DNA of 64,000 bases from Vitrella brassicaformis CCMP3155. Its lineage: Eukaryota > Protista > Chromerida. Within the stretch, counting starts at the first letter, position 1; the number at the start of each line of letters is the position of its first letter. Below are positions 13,017 through 25,835 of this stretch, one piece after another. Where the stretch lies: NCBI GenBank assembly GCA_001179505.1, contig CDMY01000378.1:30403-94402 (forward strand), written 5' to 3'. The notes under the pieces are model-generated. The model was not told where the DNA came from, made no database searches, and was given only the letters and a program-made list of their open reading frames with translations. Position numbers and translations under genes: made by a program.

Positions 13017-13710
13017 ATGGTTGAGATCTACAAGGGAGGCAAAAAGTTCTCTGCATTGCTCGAGCACAATGCTGACCTTCCTGATGACATGGCCACCTTG
13101 GTGGAGCTGAAGCGTGAGATTGAAACGGCCATCTACCACCTCGGTAAGAAGATCCAAGCACAAACATCGTCGGTGCTCGCTCACATCGCTTTGATTCATG
13201 TATTTGTGCTGCCTGCTGCAGAGCGGTCCAACCGAGAGCTGGATGCCGCAGATCCGGTGAGTCTGAGAGAGCAGCAATCCTTCAGTCCCTTCCATCCATC
13301 AGCCAGTGCTTTGTCGTTTGCTTGTCTGTCAGAACGGTCGCGATGCCGACTTCCAAGAGGCAATCACGGAGAACATTGGTGCGCTGCGCACGAAGCGTGA
13401 GTTGTTGGAGAAAGTCAAGGACAAGATCGCCGAGCTGGAGGCCCACTGCTGCGACAAGACGCCCCACATCGTTCCCCCAGCCTCACTCATGGCCGCACCA
13501 CCGCCGGCCAGCGCATCGTCGGCTCGGAGGCAGCCTGAGGTGCTTCCCGACCCGCAGACGGATGACATTCAGTCGATGCAGGTGTATGCGGAGACCATGG
13601 CTGCCAGGCAGCAGCAGCAGCAGGAAGCTGTGAGAGATGAGAGGATGGTGGGCGATGAGACGGTGGAGCAGGAGCAGCGGGAGGGAGAGGACGACGGGCT
13701 GAGCTTATAG
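13017..13710 (+). CDS. Small coiled-coil hypothetical protein, about 3 exons
   Basis: Spliced: LKREIETAIYHL / ERSNRELDAADP / DADFQEAITENIGALRTKRELLEKVKDKIAELE ... DDGLSL-stop. The HL.RSN.EL...D..EAI.EN pattern resembles an uncharacterised eukaryotic family. Confidence 0.7.
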
Positions 13711-14208
13711 CATCGAGCAAGGCGCGACGACCAGCATGAATGAATCTTTTTCGTGTGCAGTGTGTGCGGGCATGAGTCTTTTTCGGCTGCGTGAGCGAAG
13801 ATGATGAGTTTTTTCGGATCATTTCAGTCAGGGATGCGTTTCGTTGGGTCGCTTGTCAGAACAGTCTTGAAAACAACAAGAGTGGTCGTGGCCTTACACA
13901 TAAACACGAATGCGACATATAAGCAGGCTGCATCTACATAATAAATCAACGACACACATGAGTGAGGACGACGACCCTCGCAGCAAAAATCATCCCATTG
14001 CCCGTCCACACACCGATGCCCCCACCCACACACAACACGATAGACAGACACATACAGAGCAAGTGGGATGAGTAGCCACGAGACAATACACCACCCGATC
14101 TACACTAACGTGACCGACCATCACACATATAGTAGCACAAACCACCACACACACAGTGGGCGAAAAAAGCTGCCCTCAGGACGAATGGACCATTTCACAC
14201 CATCACAT

Positions 14209-17200
14209 TTAAAGCAGGCCCCTTGCAAGCCGTGACAGGCGGCTCTCGATGACCGTGCCTGCACGGTCTGGGAAATTGAAGGCCGTCGCGATAGGGTTCT
14301 TCAATGAGCGCAGCACCGTCACCCGTTTGATGCGGGGACATCCGCCGCCCATCCCAGAGCTTGAAGGCCGCATGTGGAGTCCCAGCATCGCCACAAAATC
14401 GCTTTCAGTCTGCACAGGGAAGAGAAAGATTGGTCCTGTGGGTGCTGACTGGCTGCGCCTACCTTGCTGCTGAACTGTCCCCTGAGTCTGTGTCGTGCCC
14501 CGTCCTCGCGGATGTCCTCCAGGTCCAGCTGCGTGACCCTTTCTCGTCTGTCGTTCTCGATGGAGCCTTGCTGGCGTGTGACGAGGAGCTCACCACCTGT
14601 GTGACAACACAGTGGACGGAATGAAACAGCGCAAAAGGCGTATGAGACTGTGCCCGCGTACCGAGTGCGCCGGCGAGAATCGCCCCTGCCTTGTGAGGGC
14701 ACTCCATGGCGGACCAGGGCGCGCTGGGATACGGCTGCCCTCGCATTGGCTTGCCTGCATCCATCCATCCATCCATCACAGCAGAAACAAAAGGGGATGG
14801 ATCCCACATTGGCGTCGCCTCCCCTTCTGCTGGTCCGCCCACTGACCTACAGGGAGGACCGACACCAGGCGGCGCTGTGACTTGGCGCATTCCAACACTC
14901 TCTGAGTGTGCGAGACACACAAATGCGCATTGTGTCTGTCTGTCTGTCTATCTGTCCGTCTGTCTGTCTGTCTGATTACCTGCAACCCTTCCTTGGTGAC
15001 ATGTCCGTCGGCCATCAAATCGTTGGTGGGGTAGGCGATTTCAAAAATGCCATCTTCGTCTGCGGGACCCCCACCTGCAGAGCAGTGGATGTGTGGGGAT
15101 TTCATTCATCTCTCTCTCTCCAAAGCACCTGGGATGACACAGATGTCGCCGAAGTACTTCTTGATGGCAGGGATGACGCTCCCGTCCGTCAGGTCCCCAG
15201 GGACTCCGGACTCGGATTCTTCGTCCTCATCTGCAACAGAGCCATTAGAAACCAAATACAGTAGTGGCGGCTGTGCTGCGGACCGCATCTCGCTTCTTAA
15301 GTACCCGAGGCGATGCAGACAGCGTTGAGGAAGATCCTCGTGATCTCTTGAGCCATCGCTTGAAGAATGGAAGCTCGAGGACGAGTATGGCGCTGGATGT
15401 CGCTGAACCCTATCACCTGAAACAGCACCACCACCACCACCACAACCACAACCACAACACCAGAGCCTAGATTTCCCACGGTGCCATTGTCCTTTCACCC
15501 CTCACCAACACAATGGACAGCTCAGGGTTGCGCACGAGGACGTCCTTGATCTCACTGAAGCCACACACAATGGGCAGAAGAGCAGACACGGCACACGGAT
15601 CAGGACGGGTGTTCCTGTGAGCTCGACCTGGCAATGATGTTGAATTGGTTCCCTCTGAAGACGGAATCATCCCCTGATATGACCACCAGTCGCTTCGGAA
15701 GCGCTGTCGCCGATGCACTCGAGTTTCTGCTCGATAGATGCCGCTCTTGCTGCTCACCGACTCGCACCACCACGTCCTTGCCATCTGTCCTGTCGTCCGC
15801 AGCTCCATTCCCCTCCCACTTTGCGTCGCTCGTGAGCCCGATCAGGTCTTGCTGTTCCTTCTGGTCTTGCTGTTCCTTCTTGTCAGCCGCATTTTGGCGA
15901 GTGGCGGGACGGAGATGCAGGTGCGTGGGAGGCCACAGACGAGGCGGCCAGTCGTCGGCCATGTCGACCTTCGAGCGCTTGGTCTGGCCTCCTTCTCGGC
16001 TTGTGGGTTGGATGGGGCCTGTCTGCATGCTCTCCCCTCCCCTCTTGCGCGCGCCCTCGTGCATCTCATCATGCAGGCCCGGATGGTGGGCGGTCGGCCG
16101 TGAGCTGGCTCGCCGGTCGAAAAGAGGGCGTGGCTGTGCCTGAGTGGACGGCTGGTAGTGGCTGTTGTTCTGTGCATCCAGGTCCCTCAGGAAGATGGAT
16201 GTGTCGTTGAGCTCGTCAGGGGATGCACGTGTGGCCTGGAAGACGCCATGTGCGTCATCAGCCGCCTCTCGCCACTGCCGGAGGGATGAGCTCGACAGGC
16301 CACCGTAAGACCCACTGGTACCGGCGATGCACGAGGGCCGGAGGTACTGGCGGTAGGGCGACTTGTGCCACTCGATCTCGTTCTCGAGGTGGGCCACGAA
16401 GGGACGCACATAGCGACGGAAACCTGCAGGCAGAACAGGGAACAGCCAATGATGGGCAGCATGGCTGAGCAAGTGCGGGTGTGGCTGCTTACCGAGCACC
16501 GAGAGCGATGCCAGCACACGTCTGATGCGCAGGTGGTTGTGGGGGAAATGCAGGAAGGCGTCACGGTACCTGCACACCAACACAACCATCCACTCATGTC
16601 CTCCCTCCCTCTTGTCGTTCGCCGCACCTACCGATTGTTGAAGTTGCCATTTGTGTTTCGCCCCACCTGGCCTGTCCGCTCGTCCACCAGGTACATGCCG
16701 AGGAAGTCCAGCCATAGCTTGTACGACTTGACAACACGACGAGCGACCTGCAAACAATCAGTGCACAGACGTATGCTTGGATTGCTTCCACGCAGCTCCT
16801 CGGGTGACAGCGCGCACCTCTCTGTCCTGGCGGCATGCACCGGCCTCCTCCCGGGTCAGCGGCCGGGCGTCCGAGTTGAAGCTGCTCTGGAAGTAGCTGG
16901 GGAACAGCCACTGAATCCACGAGTGGTTGCTGTATCAAGGCAGAAGAGCAGCATAACAAGCCTTCCGTGCCGCGCCGTGTGTGTGGTCTTTGCCTACTCT
17001 TCGAGCTCAGCGTAGTCGCCGAATCCCCACTTATGAATGTCATCAATGGTCCTGTACCTTCCACTAAAATCAAGGGACACACTACAGCCATGCACCAGGT
17101 ACCCTAATGCGAAGCGTGACATGCTGACCCGAAGCTGACGGGGTGGTTGTTGCAGTAGAAGGACAGATTGGTGCCGCTCGAGGTGTGCCAGCGGCCTGCT

Positions 17201-17277
17201 GCTGCCCTGCCGGCGGCGCTGGCGCTGTCGTATACCTTCCTCCAGTGATGACCGGCGTACGGGTCCGGCGTGTACAT
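14209..17277 (-). CDS. Opioid growth factor receptor conserved-region (OGFr_N) protein with a long C-terminal extension, multi-exon
   Basis: NLSFYCN; IDDIHKWGFGDYAELE; NHSWIQWLFPSYFQSSFNSDARPLTREE; SYKLWLDFLG; HNHLRIRRVLASLSVLG. These are OGFr_N motifs. The 3' end is tentative. Confidence 0.8.
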
Positions 17278-17510
17278 CGCGAGGGACCAGATAGATTGAC
17301 AAGGGAAGCACGTTCAGCAGGGATCTGGGAGGACGTCGCCTTGGGTAGAACAATAGGCAGGCAGGGATAGGAGAAGAGATGCAGGAATACATCAGCAGTA
17401 GGTAAGGGTGCGAGGAATACAGCAGGAATAGAGCTGGAGAAAGACGGGGGAGCTGCGAACGCAGTGCTGTCCATGTCCATCTTCCTCCAGCACTTGTCTT
17501 TCAAATCCGC

Positions 17511-18140
17511 CATGGGTGCAAATCTCACCAAGAACAACCAAAGCGAGCTGCGCGGCGAGGTGATCGGTCGATTCCATCTCAGAGAGAGCATGATGGCGAA
17601 GAGTTATGACTACATCTATGAGGGCTCCACCTCAGACGCCAACAAGCAGGATGGCAAGCGAGGAGACGAGGATTTCTTCCCTCCAGCTGGGTGCTTCAAG
17701 TACGCCTTCAAGGTGCCTATTGGCACGTGGCTTGACCGGGACAATGGCTGGCCAGTTGCTTAGTAAGCGCACCACGTACGCACGCACTCCCATGGCCTCG
17801 CTTGCCAGCATCTCTCCCCGCGCATGTATATGTACGCAGCCACGGCACTGCGGAGGCGGCTGTGGAGGGCATCATCAAGAAGGGGCTGCTGATCAACGGA
17901 GGGGCGGCCACGCCTCCCCACGGTGCGGCATGCGGCCGAGGCATCTACGCATCGCAGACCCTGGACCGGGCTCTCGGCCACGCGGAGGCTTTCAAGCTCA
18001 GCTTCCACGGCAACGTCAAGGTCGTCTTCCTGGTCCGTGTGCGCCCTGGCAGCATGTCCAAGCACTGCGGCGGGAAGGTCTGGGTGGTCGACGATGAGGA
18101 GAATGTGCGTGTGGTGGCCATGCTTGTCGTGCCAGTGTGA
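17511..18140 (+). CDS. PARP-like (NEURL4-type) ADP-ribosyltransferase domain protein, 2 exons
   Basis: FFPPAGCFKYAFKV...WLDRDNGWPVAY|HGT (77-nt intron 17763-17839 splits TA|C); GRGIYASQ; VFLVRVRPGS; VWVVDDEENVR. These match the YHGT / G.GIY.S / RVRPG pattern of this ART clade. Confidence 0.8.
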
Positions 18141-18364
18141 CGGCAGACGCCCTTCTTTCGCTTGCTTGCATGTACACTAGAGTTCTGCTGTGCTTCTGCC
18201 CGACTCTGGTATCTTGGAAGACAGTAAGACGCCGACTTTTTCATGAGTCCATTCATTGACAGCCTCAATGACAGGTCAGGTGTCGATTGCATGTAACACA
18301 TGCACGAGTCAACAATGAATGGACTCATGAATTCTCTCCCACATGCAACCAGCCCCACACCCCT

Positions 18365-21300
18365 TCATGCCTTGACGAGCCCCCTTGCCTTGGGGAAGGC
18401 CTTGACGTCATCCGCAGCCCTCTCGTCCTCGCGCGGATCAAATCCGAGCATACCGCCTGTCAGTCAGGACACACAAACACATGCACACAGAGAGAGAGAG
18501 CATACTGTGGCTGGTGGCTGACGTACTGGCGGGGTCGGCCTCCTTCATGCCCCGCCCTTTGCGTGAGGCGGTGCCCGGCCGCTTGGACCCTGAACCTCCT
18601 GACACTACACGACGCTTCTCGCTACGCTTCTGAATCGACAATAGACCGACCGCACAGACGATATTGATCAGATGACGTGTGAGGTGCAAGATCTTGCCTA
18701 CCGCACTGCCGCTGCCGCCCGCGGCTGATGGCGGTCTGTCGTTGCGCACGGCCCCACCGTCATCCGTGTACGAGTAATAGACACTACGCTCGAAGTCACT
18801 GTATGGACAACGACACAACAAACACAGCCACCAACGGAGAGGATGCCCCAATCTCCATCGCTGGATGAATGGGGGGCATTTTCTGTGTGTGCGTACGTGA
18901 ATGGCAGCCCAGTGGCGTCATCTGCATCGTTAAGGGCCGCATCTAACGCCGCCTGGATGCTGATAAAGTCAGGCACAAGACAAGAGATCATTCCAGTACG
19001 TTTGGTCATTCGTGTGTGTGTGTGTGTGTGTGTGTGTATACTTTTCGGGCATGACTTGCTGCCCCTGGACGTCGGCCCAGTCAGATGTGGTGCGATCGGG
19101 GAGGTCCAAATCGTTAGCGATGATGTTGTCATAGCGATACCTAACACGCCAACACCGACACACACACGAGTGGCAGTGCAGTGCTCTAAGGTGTATGGTG
19201 CGCGCCACTTCTGTCATTTACTCTTTACCGTGGATTTGTGCCGGCAATGGCGAGTAGTCTCGCCTGCTCGCTCGTGGGACGCGGGAGGCCCAAGGCAGAC
19301 CCGGGACGCTTGGGACGCCTGACAAACACACACAGACAGACGTGCTGTATGTCTCCTGCATTACGTGGTGTGGTGGATGTGTAGTGGGTACATGTTGTTT
19401 CCGGCGAACTCGAGTCTGCTGATGACCCACTCGTCCTCCTCAGCGTCCCACTGGGCACGCTGCTCTATGCGCTGACACACACACACACACACACACACAT
19501 GGACAGGGATGCGTGTGTGGCTGTGCTGTGCTGTGCCAGCTCTTCATGTGTGTGGATGCCTACATGGTACTCTTCCTCCGGCACGAAGTGTGTGAGAATG
19601 ACGTTCTTGAGTTTGAGCTCCTTGGTGAGGTCGCGGATGCTCTCCAACATGTCCTCACGCTCCTGCTGAAACTCCTGCAAGGCGACACACATACACACAC
19701 ACACAGACGCAAAGATGTCGGCTGTGTTGTCGGCATGCCTGGGTTTGTTGACCTGCTGCAAGTCCTCTATCTCATTGGATGCGGCCTTGTACTTCTTCCA
19801 CAGCTTCTCCAGCTTGTTCGTCAGCTTCGATATGTGCTCCTCCTGACAGACAGACAGACACACACACACAAACAGAACGAGTGGACGGACATCAGCCAGC
19901 CAAGTGTGTGAGACGCATGTGTGTAGGTTACCTACCTGTGAGTTGTACTTCTCCACTAGTAGCAGTTTTTCCTCCTGCTCTGCCTCACGCTGACGATGCA
20001 GCTGAGACTCTGACCGAGAAATAAGCACCCACATACACACGCACCCAGAGTAGGCAGATCGTTGTCTTGATCTTTTCCGCGTTGGCGTACCCCTTTTCCT
20101 CCTCTCTTCGATTTCGATTTGCGCCTTTTTGAGTTCCTGCTCCTGCTGCAGGGCCTGCTGCATGACCTGTGTGCCCTGCAGCATCTTGGCCTCCATCGCC
20201 TTCAACTTGCCCAGCAACGCCTCCTGAGCCTGTCGCATGGCCGATCAGATTACACACACAGACAGGTCAGGAGATGATTGATGTGTGTGTATTGTATTGT
20301 GTGTCTGGGTGGTGCGTGGCGTGCATTGCATACCCTCTTGTGCTCCTCTTCCTGCTCTTCTCTGGACTTGAGTTCCTCCATCAGCCGACGGCGCTCCTCC
20401 TCTGCCAAGTTCTTCTGCTGCTCTATCGCCTGCACCAGGCAGGCAGGCACATCACAAACCACACAGACAGACAAATGACGAGTGCCCACTCCGTTCGTTG
20501 TTCTTGTTTGTTTCTTTTGTGTTGGTACGTACGTGTCTTTCGTCTTCGAATTGTTTCTGTATGGCCTCCCGCTCGAGGTGCAGGTTCTCCTGCATGCGCT
20601 TGATCTCGTCCTCAGACGGCCCCTCACGCACCACCTTCTCCACAACCTTCTCGACAACTACCTGCTTCTCTACCACACCTGCACGCATGGATATACACAT
20701 TCGGAGACAGAGACATTGATGTTGTCAGCGCGTGTTGGGGGGAGGGTTGTGTGTGAGAGAGTACCCCCTGCGCCGCCCCTAGATTCGAGTTCGGCTTTGA
20801 GCCTTGCGATTTCCTCCTGGAACTCGCGGATCATAGCGTCCTTGGGGTCCTCGTTGATGCGGGGCTTGTTCTTGATGCTCTTGGCGCGATACGCATACCT
20901 TATCGACCAAACACAGACAGAGAGACGACACAGAGAGGAATTCGCGTCCGGTGCACGACTGGCTGACGTCTGTTTTGACAAACCTGAGCGTGCTGAGCGT
21001 TTCGTCATAGTTGTAGTCGGCCGGTCCGATCTGTGCGATCATGACGGTCTTGGTGTTGCCGCCGAGTGAGTCCTGCAGCAGCCGGGTGAGCTTCGAGTCG
21101 CGGTAGGGCACAAACCCGTGGGGCGACTTGCTGTCAACCAACGCTGAGATGACGTGACCTGCACACACAGAGAGAGGCGACACAGATGACCAGACACGTG
21201 AGTGGTTGTGTGTGCGTCGGTCAGTTAGTGTGTCAAGGAATGGCACACCGAGTGCAGAGAGGGAGAGGTTGATCTTGGTGGCCTCCTTGAGTGTGTCGCC

Positions 21301-22973
21301 CGTCGACCCCGTCTTGCTCTGCCTGCACACACACACACACACACACGTGTATAGTCAGTCACGGCCTGTCTCTGTGTCTGTCTGTGTGTGCGTAGAGATG
21401 GATGGATGTACCTCTCCGAGCCGGCCAGGTCGACCATGTTAAGCTTGCCGGCCCGTATGTGGCTCTTGCCGTCGGGCCCCACCTCAAACGACTCTATCGT
21501 GATCGTGAAGATCGAATGAGACCTGCGAAGACACGACAGACGCACACAGGACGGCAGCCAGGAATTGTGTGGATGGAATGTGTGGAGGTGTGGCTGACAG
21601 CGCAGCTACCTGGATGACTCGATGTTCATGAGGGTGGCGCCGACGGACCTATTCTTCTGACCAGCCATCTGCACGCAGCAACACACAACACACAACACAC
21701 AACACACAACACACAACACACAAAGCAGGAAGACAACTGACTGACACGCGTGAAGAATGTAAGGTCTGTCTGTCTTGTCGCCATCTTACCATAACTTGCC
21801 GCATCTCAGATACGTCCTTGACGACAAACGTGGACAAATCCTGCAGGCAGACCAAGCACCAAAGCAGCACAAACAAATCCACACACATCCATCCATCCAT
21901 CCATCCATTGTTGTGTGAGCTATCCAGCCGCGCCGTCTGACCTTGACGTAGACGCCATGGTCTGTGTGGTCTTTGAGCTCCAGCTTCTCCTTCGGATTCT
22001 TGGACAGCAAATCGCGGATCTGACCACAGATAGACAGACCGAGGGAGGGAGGGAGGGAGGGATACAGACGTGATATGCCCAGGATTGTGTGCCCATTCAT
22101 TCTCACCCACCTCTTCATTGTATATCTCCAGGAAGGACGCCCGCACAAGAAATTTCTGCGCGTACGCATCGCATGCCAGAGGAGAGAAATGGTCAGTCAG
22201 TCAGTCAGTCAGTGGATCCGCCCCCCTCCTGTTTCTTTCTTTCTTTCTTTCTTTGGCTCACTGACTGACCTTGTCTGTGGTGACGTTGATGTCGTTGAAG
22301 ATGTGCTCAAAGGCACGGGGGATCACCCCACGGACCTCTGACCATCCAATCCAACACGTACACACGACACGCAACAGAAGGCAAGCAGACAGACAGGCGG
22401 GCAGCACCAATCCATCCATCAACCCATCCTCTCTATGATTAAACTATCCATCCATTCCCTTCACCTGGCGGTTTGTCGGGCCCGACCATGGTGTAGGTCT
22501 TGCCCGTCCCCGTCTGCCCGTAGGCGAAGATCGTCCCGTTGTACCCCTCCATGACGCTCTCCACTATGGAGAAGGCCGTCTCGTCGTATATCTGCTGCTG
22601 CGTGGAGCTGCACGGACGCACACACATACGCATACACATGACCGTCCCATGGTTTGTGGTGTGGGGCTCGCTCACTTCCAGTCGTAGACGGCGTCGTATG
22701 TGAAGTCCTTGGTGGCATCCCGCCCGCCGGACCCCTTGAACACCGTCACCATGGCGTTCTTGACGTCCATCTCCACCACACGCACACGCCCGTCCGCCAC
22801 CTCCTGCTCGCTCATCGGCCGACACCTGCACACATCAAAAACACGCCACAAACAAGGCCATTTCACACGATTTGGAGGGCATCGGAGTGTATTCTCCGCC
22901 AGAGCGTCGGTGTGTTGCCCTGTGTTCACCTGATGATGACCCGCACGCATTCGGCTTTGTTGGAGAGGGCCAT
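18365..22973 (-). CDS. Kinesin-2 (heterotrimeric kinesin-II) motor subunit, KIF3/FLA10-like, many exons
   Basis: [12 protein letters not shown]; [19 protein letters not shown] (P-loop); [12 protein letters not shown]; [10 protein letters not shown]; [22 protein letters not shown]; [19 protein letters not shown]; coiled-coil stalk; C-terminal [10 protein letters not shown] typical of kinesin-2 tails. Confidence 0.95.
21679..21723. repeat. Heptamer tandem repeat (CAACACA)x6 in a kinesin intron
   Basis: Read directly from the sequence. Confidence 0.9.
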
Positions 22974-23542
22974 TTCTGAATCTGCTGGCTATTCGACGGC
23001 AAAAGAGGAACTTTGATGGAGGGAAAACAGCCGACTACTGATCTATGGAGCGCTCCCGCGTAGTCGGCACCACAATCTCAGGTGCGCCTCGTAAACTTTT
23101 GATCAGCGATCTCTCCCTCCCCTCCCCTCTCCTTCCTGCGGGCTTTGCGCTCGGTGATAGATACGACGATGGATTGAATCAAAAGCAAATGCATCCCGGC
23201 CATGGAAGGCCGGAACGCGAAAGGCGCAGCAAGAGGTTTCGATCCTCTGACCTGTGGGTGTCCCTGCATATGAGCCCACCACTCTCCCACTGAGCTATGC
23301 TGCGTGTGCCTCTTTGCGGTGCGAGTCCTTCCACAGACAAGCTGGCGCTGCCACCATCACTTCGACCAGCATCACTGCGAGATCATCGCCGGTAGAGATG
23401 GATGCTGGCAGCGGGACGTCTGTGAGTAGCCGCCGGCGTTGAGAGATCCAACACCACGCTGGACCGCACGCGGCTTCTTGAGGCCGTCTTCCCATCTGTA
23501 CGAGAACTAAGCCCCTCCCTGGCCCTCCGCGTCCCCGGCAAC

Positions 23543-25726
23543 ATGGCGCATCGACAGTCGCCAGTGGCGTGGGCGGAGGAGGCCGTCTTCTACCACATCT
23601 ATCCGCTGGGACTCCTCGACGCCCCGCTGCGGAATGACCACAAGAGCGAGCCCGTCGAGCGGCTGCTCAAGCTCATTGACCCGCAGGAGGGATGGCTGGC
23701 GCACCTGCAGGAACTGGGCGTCACGGCCGTCTACTTTGGACCACTCTTCGAGTCCACCACGCACGGATACGACACCGTCGACTATGGCGTGGTACACACG
23801 TGTATATGTGTTCGCTCCCACCAGGCAGCACAACAGGCGATTCCTTCTGCTCTCTTGTCGGCATGGTGTGTGCGCTGTCAGGTTGACCGTCGTCTGGGCA
23901 CCAACGACACCCTGCGTCGTGTGGTTCGTGAGTTCAAGCGTCACCACATCCGTGTGGTCTTCGATGGCGTCTTCAACCACGTGGGCGAGAAGTTCTTCGC
24001 CATGCAGGACATCCTCGAGAAGCGCGAGAGCTCCCAGTACAAGACCTGGATCGACGGCCTCAAGTTCGGCCCCCACGGCAAGATCGACTACAACTGTTGG
24101 GGCGGCTTCAAATTCCTCCCGAAGCTCAATCTCAAGGAGCCTGCTGTCGCCAAACACCTACTCGACAAGGTGAGAAGAAAGAAGGGCATGGTGTGTTTGT
24201 TCGCTTGATGGCTGTGTCGGATGTGTGTGTGTCAGGTTCGGTATTGGATTGAGCATTTCGAGCTGGATGGGCTGCGTCTGGATGCGGCCGACTGTGTGGA
24301 CCTGGCCTTCCTGCGCACACTGCGGGAGCACTGCTACGCACTCAAACGGTCCTTCTGGCTCATGGGAGAGATCATCCACGGCGACTACAACCGGTACGTA
24401 CGTGCGGTGTGTACCCACACACAAAGGAACACGCCAGTGTGTGTGGCGGCGGGGCGGGGCATGTTTGTTGTGTGTGTGTGTTGGGTTGGATTTGATTGCA
24501 GGTGGGCCAACGCGTACACGCTTCATTCGGTGACGAACTACGAGGTGTACAAGGGCCTGTGGTCGAGCTGCAACGACAAGAACATGTTTGAACTCGGGCA
24601 CTCCATGCAGAGGCAGTTCCAGACAGAGTAAGCGTCAGATGGCCATGCAGGCGTCAACTAACACACTCACGGGCCAAGGTCCATCCCCCACTCCACTGCA
24701 TATATGTGTGTGTGTGTGTGTGTGTGCAGGGCCGGCAAGTACTACGGCTTATACTTGTACAACTTCGCTGACAACCATGACGTCAATCGGGTGGGGCGGA
24801 TACCACAATGCACTGCATACGAGAGCTGTATGTATTCTGACGTCCGTTGCCTCTCTGCGTGCCTGCAGGTCATCAGTACGCTCAAGAATCGTGTGCACGT
24901 CTTCCCCCTGCACATCCTGCTCTTCACCATTCCAGGAATTCCGTCCATCTACTACGGCAGGCAAGAACACACACAACACGACACAACACAATCACGCCCT
25001 CTGCCGTCTTCCATGAGGGAGTTTTTGGCCCTCTCCCTCTCTCTCTTTGTGGATGCAGTGAGTTCGGCATTGTGGGCAAGAAGGCCGAGGGCAGCAGTGA
25101 CGTCGACGGCCCCCTGCGGCCGGCCTTCTCCCTCCCCGCCGCCAAGAAGGGCCTCAGCACCACGGCATACCCATCCCTCGCACACCTCATCAAGAAGCTA
25201 TCGGCCATCCGGGAGGCATTTCCCGCCCTCAAGAGGGGCGACTATTGCGAAGTGGTCCTCAGAAACGAATACTACGCCCTGGGCAGAAAGGTGAGTGAGG
25301 GGAGGGGACGACAGACAGGGGAAGGAAGGCAATTTGCTGATGGAAGGATATGTTGTGTGCTGTGTTGTGCGTGTGTGCGTGCGTGTGATGGTCTGTGCGC
25401 AGCTGGGCGACCAGGTGGTGGTGGTTGTGGTGAATGTCGACGACAAGGACGCAACCGTCACCATACCACAACACGTACGTCACGTGTGTATGCAGCGCAG
25501 CGAGCAGCAACCCCTCTGGTGGACGCCTCTGTCCTCATGGCTGTTGCCTGCCTGCCTGCCTGCCTGCCTCTGTCTCGCTGTACAGGTGTTTGGTGCATCG
25601 AGCCGTCGCGTTATGGATGTGCTCAACAACAGCGAGGTGTTCGAGGCGGCCGGCCACGGTCATGGACAGCACCATGGCCATGGCGGCATCACCGTCACTG
25701 TTCAGCCTGCATGGGGGCGGATCCTG
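23543..25726 (+). CDS. GH13 alpha-amylase/cyclomaltodextrinase-like module 1, probably spliced in-frame to module 2
   Basis: FYHIYPLG; HGYDTVDY; FDGVFNHVG; DGLRLDAA (nucleophile D); MGEIIHGDY (acid/base E); ADNHDV; PGIPSIYYGSEFG; ends WGRIL. If unspliced, it would stop at 25792. Confidence 0.9.
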
Positions 25727-25835
25727 GTCAGAAGCCACCTCGCAATACATACACAGAGAGAGCCCTGGGGCCAGACAACAATGAATGAATGAAGAGTTTG
25801 TTGTGTGATTTATGTTGTGTGGTGGTGATATTCAG

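Noticed and set aside
17755-17845. Apparent TAG stop exactly at the Tyr of the ART YHGT motif (readthrough or pseudogene?)
   Set aside because: A canonical GTAAGC...GCAG intron (17763-17839) splits the codon TA|C and restores YHGT.
21679-21723. (CAACACA)6 as an interstitial telomere repeat
   Set aside because: Does not match TTAGGG or TTTAGGG types; lies in an intron among CA-rich microsatellites.
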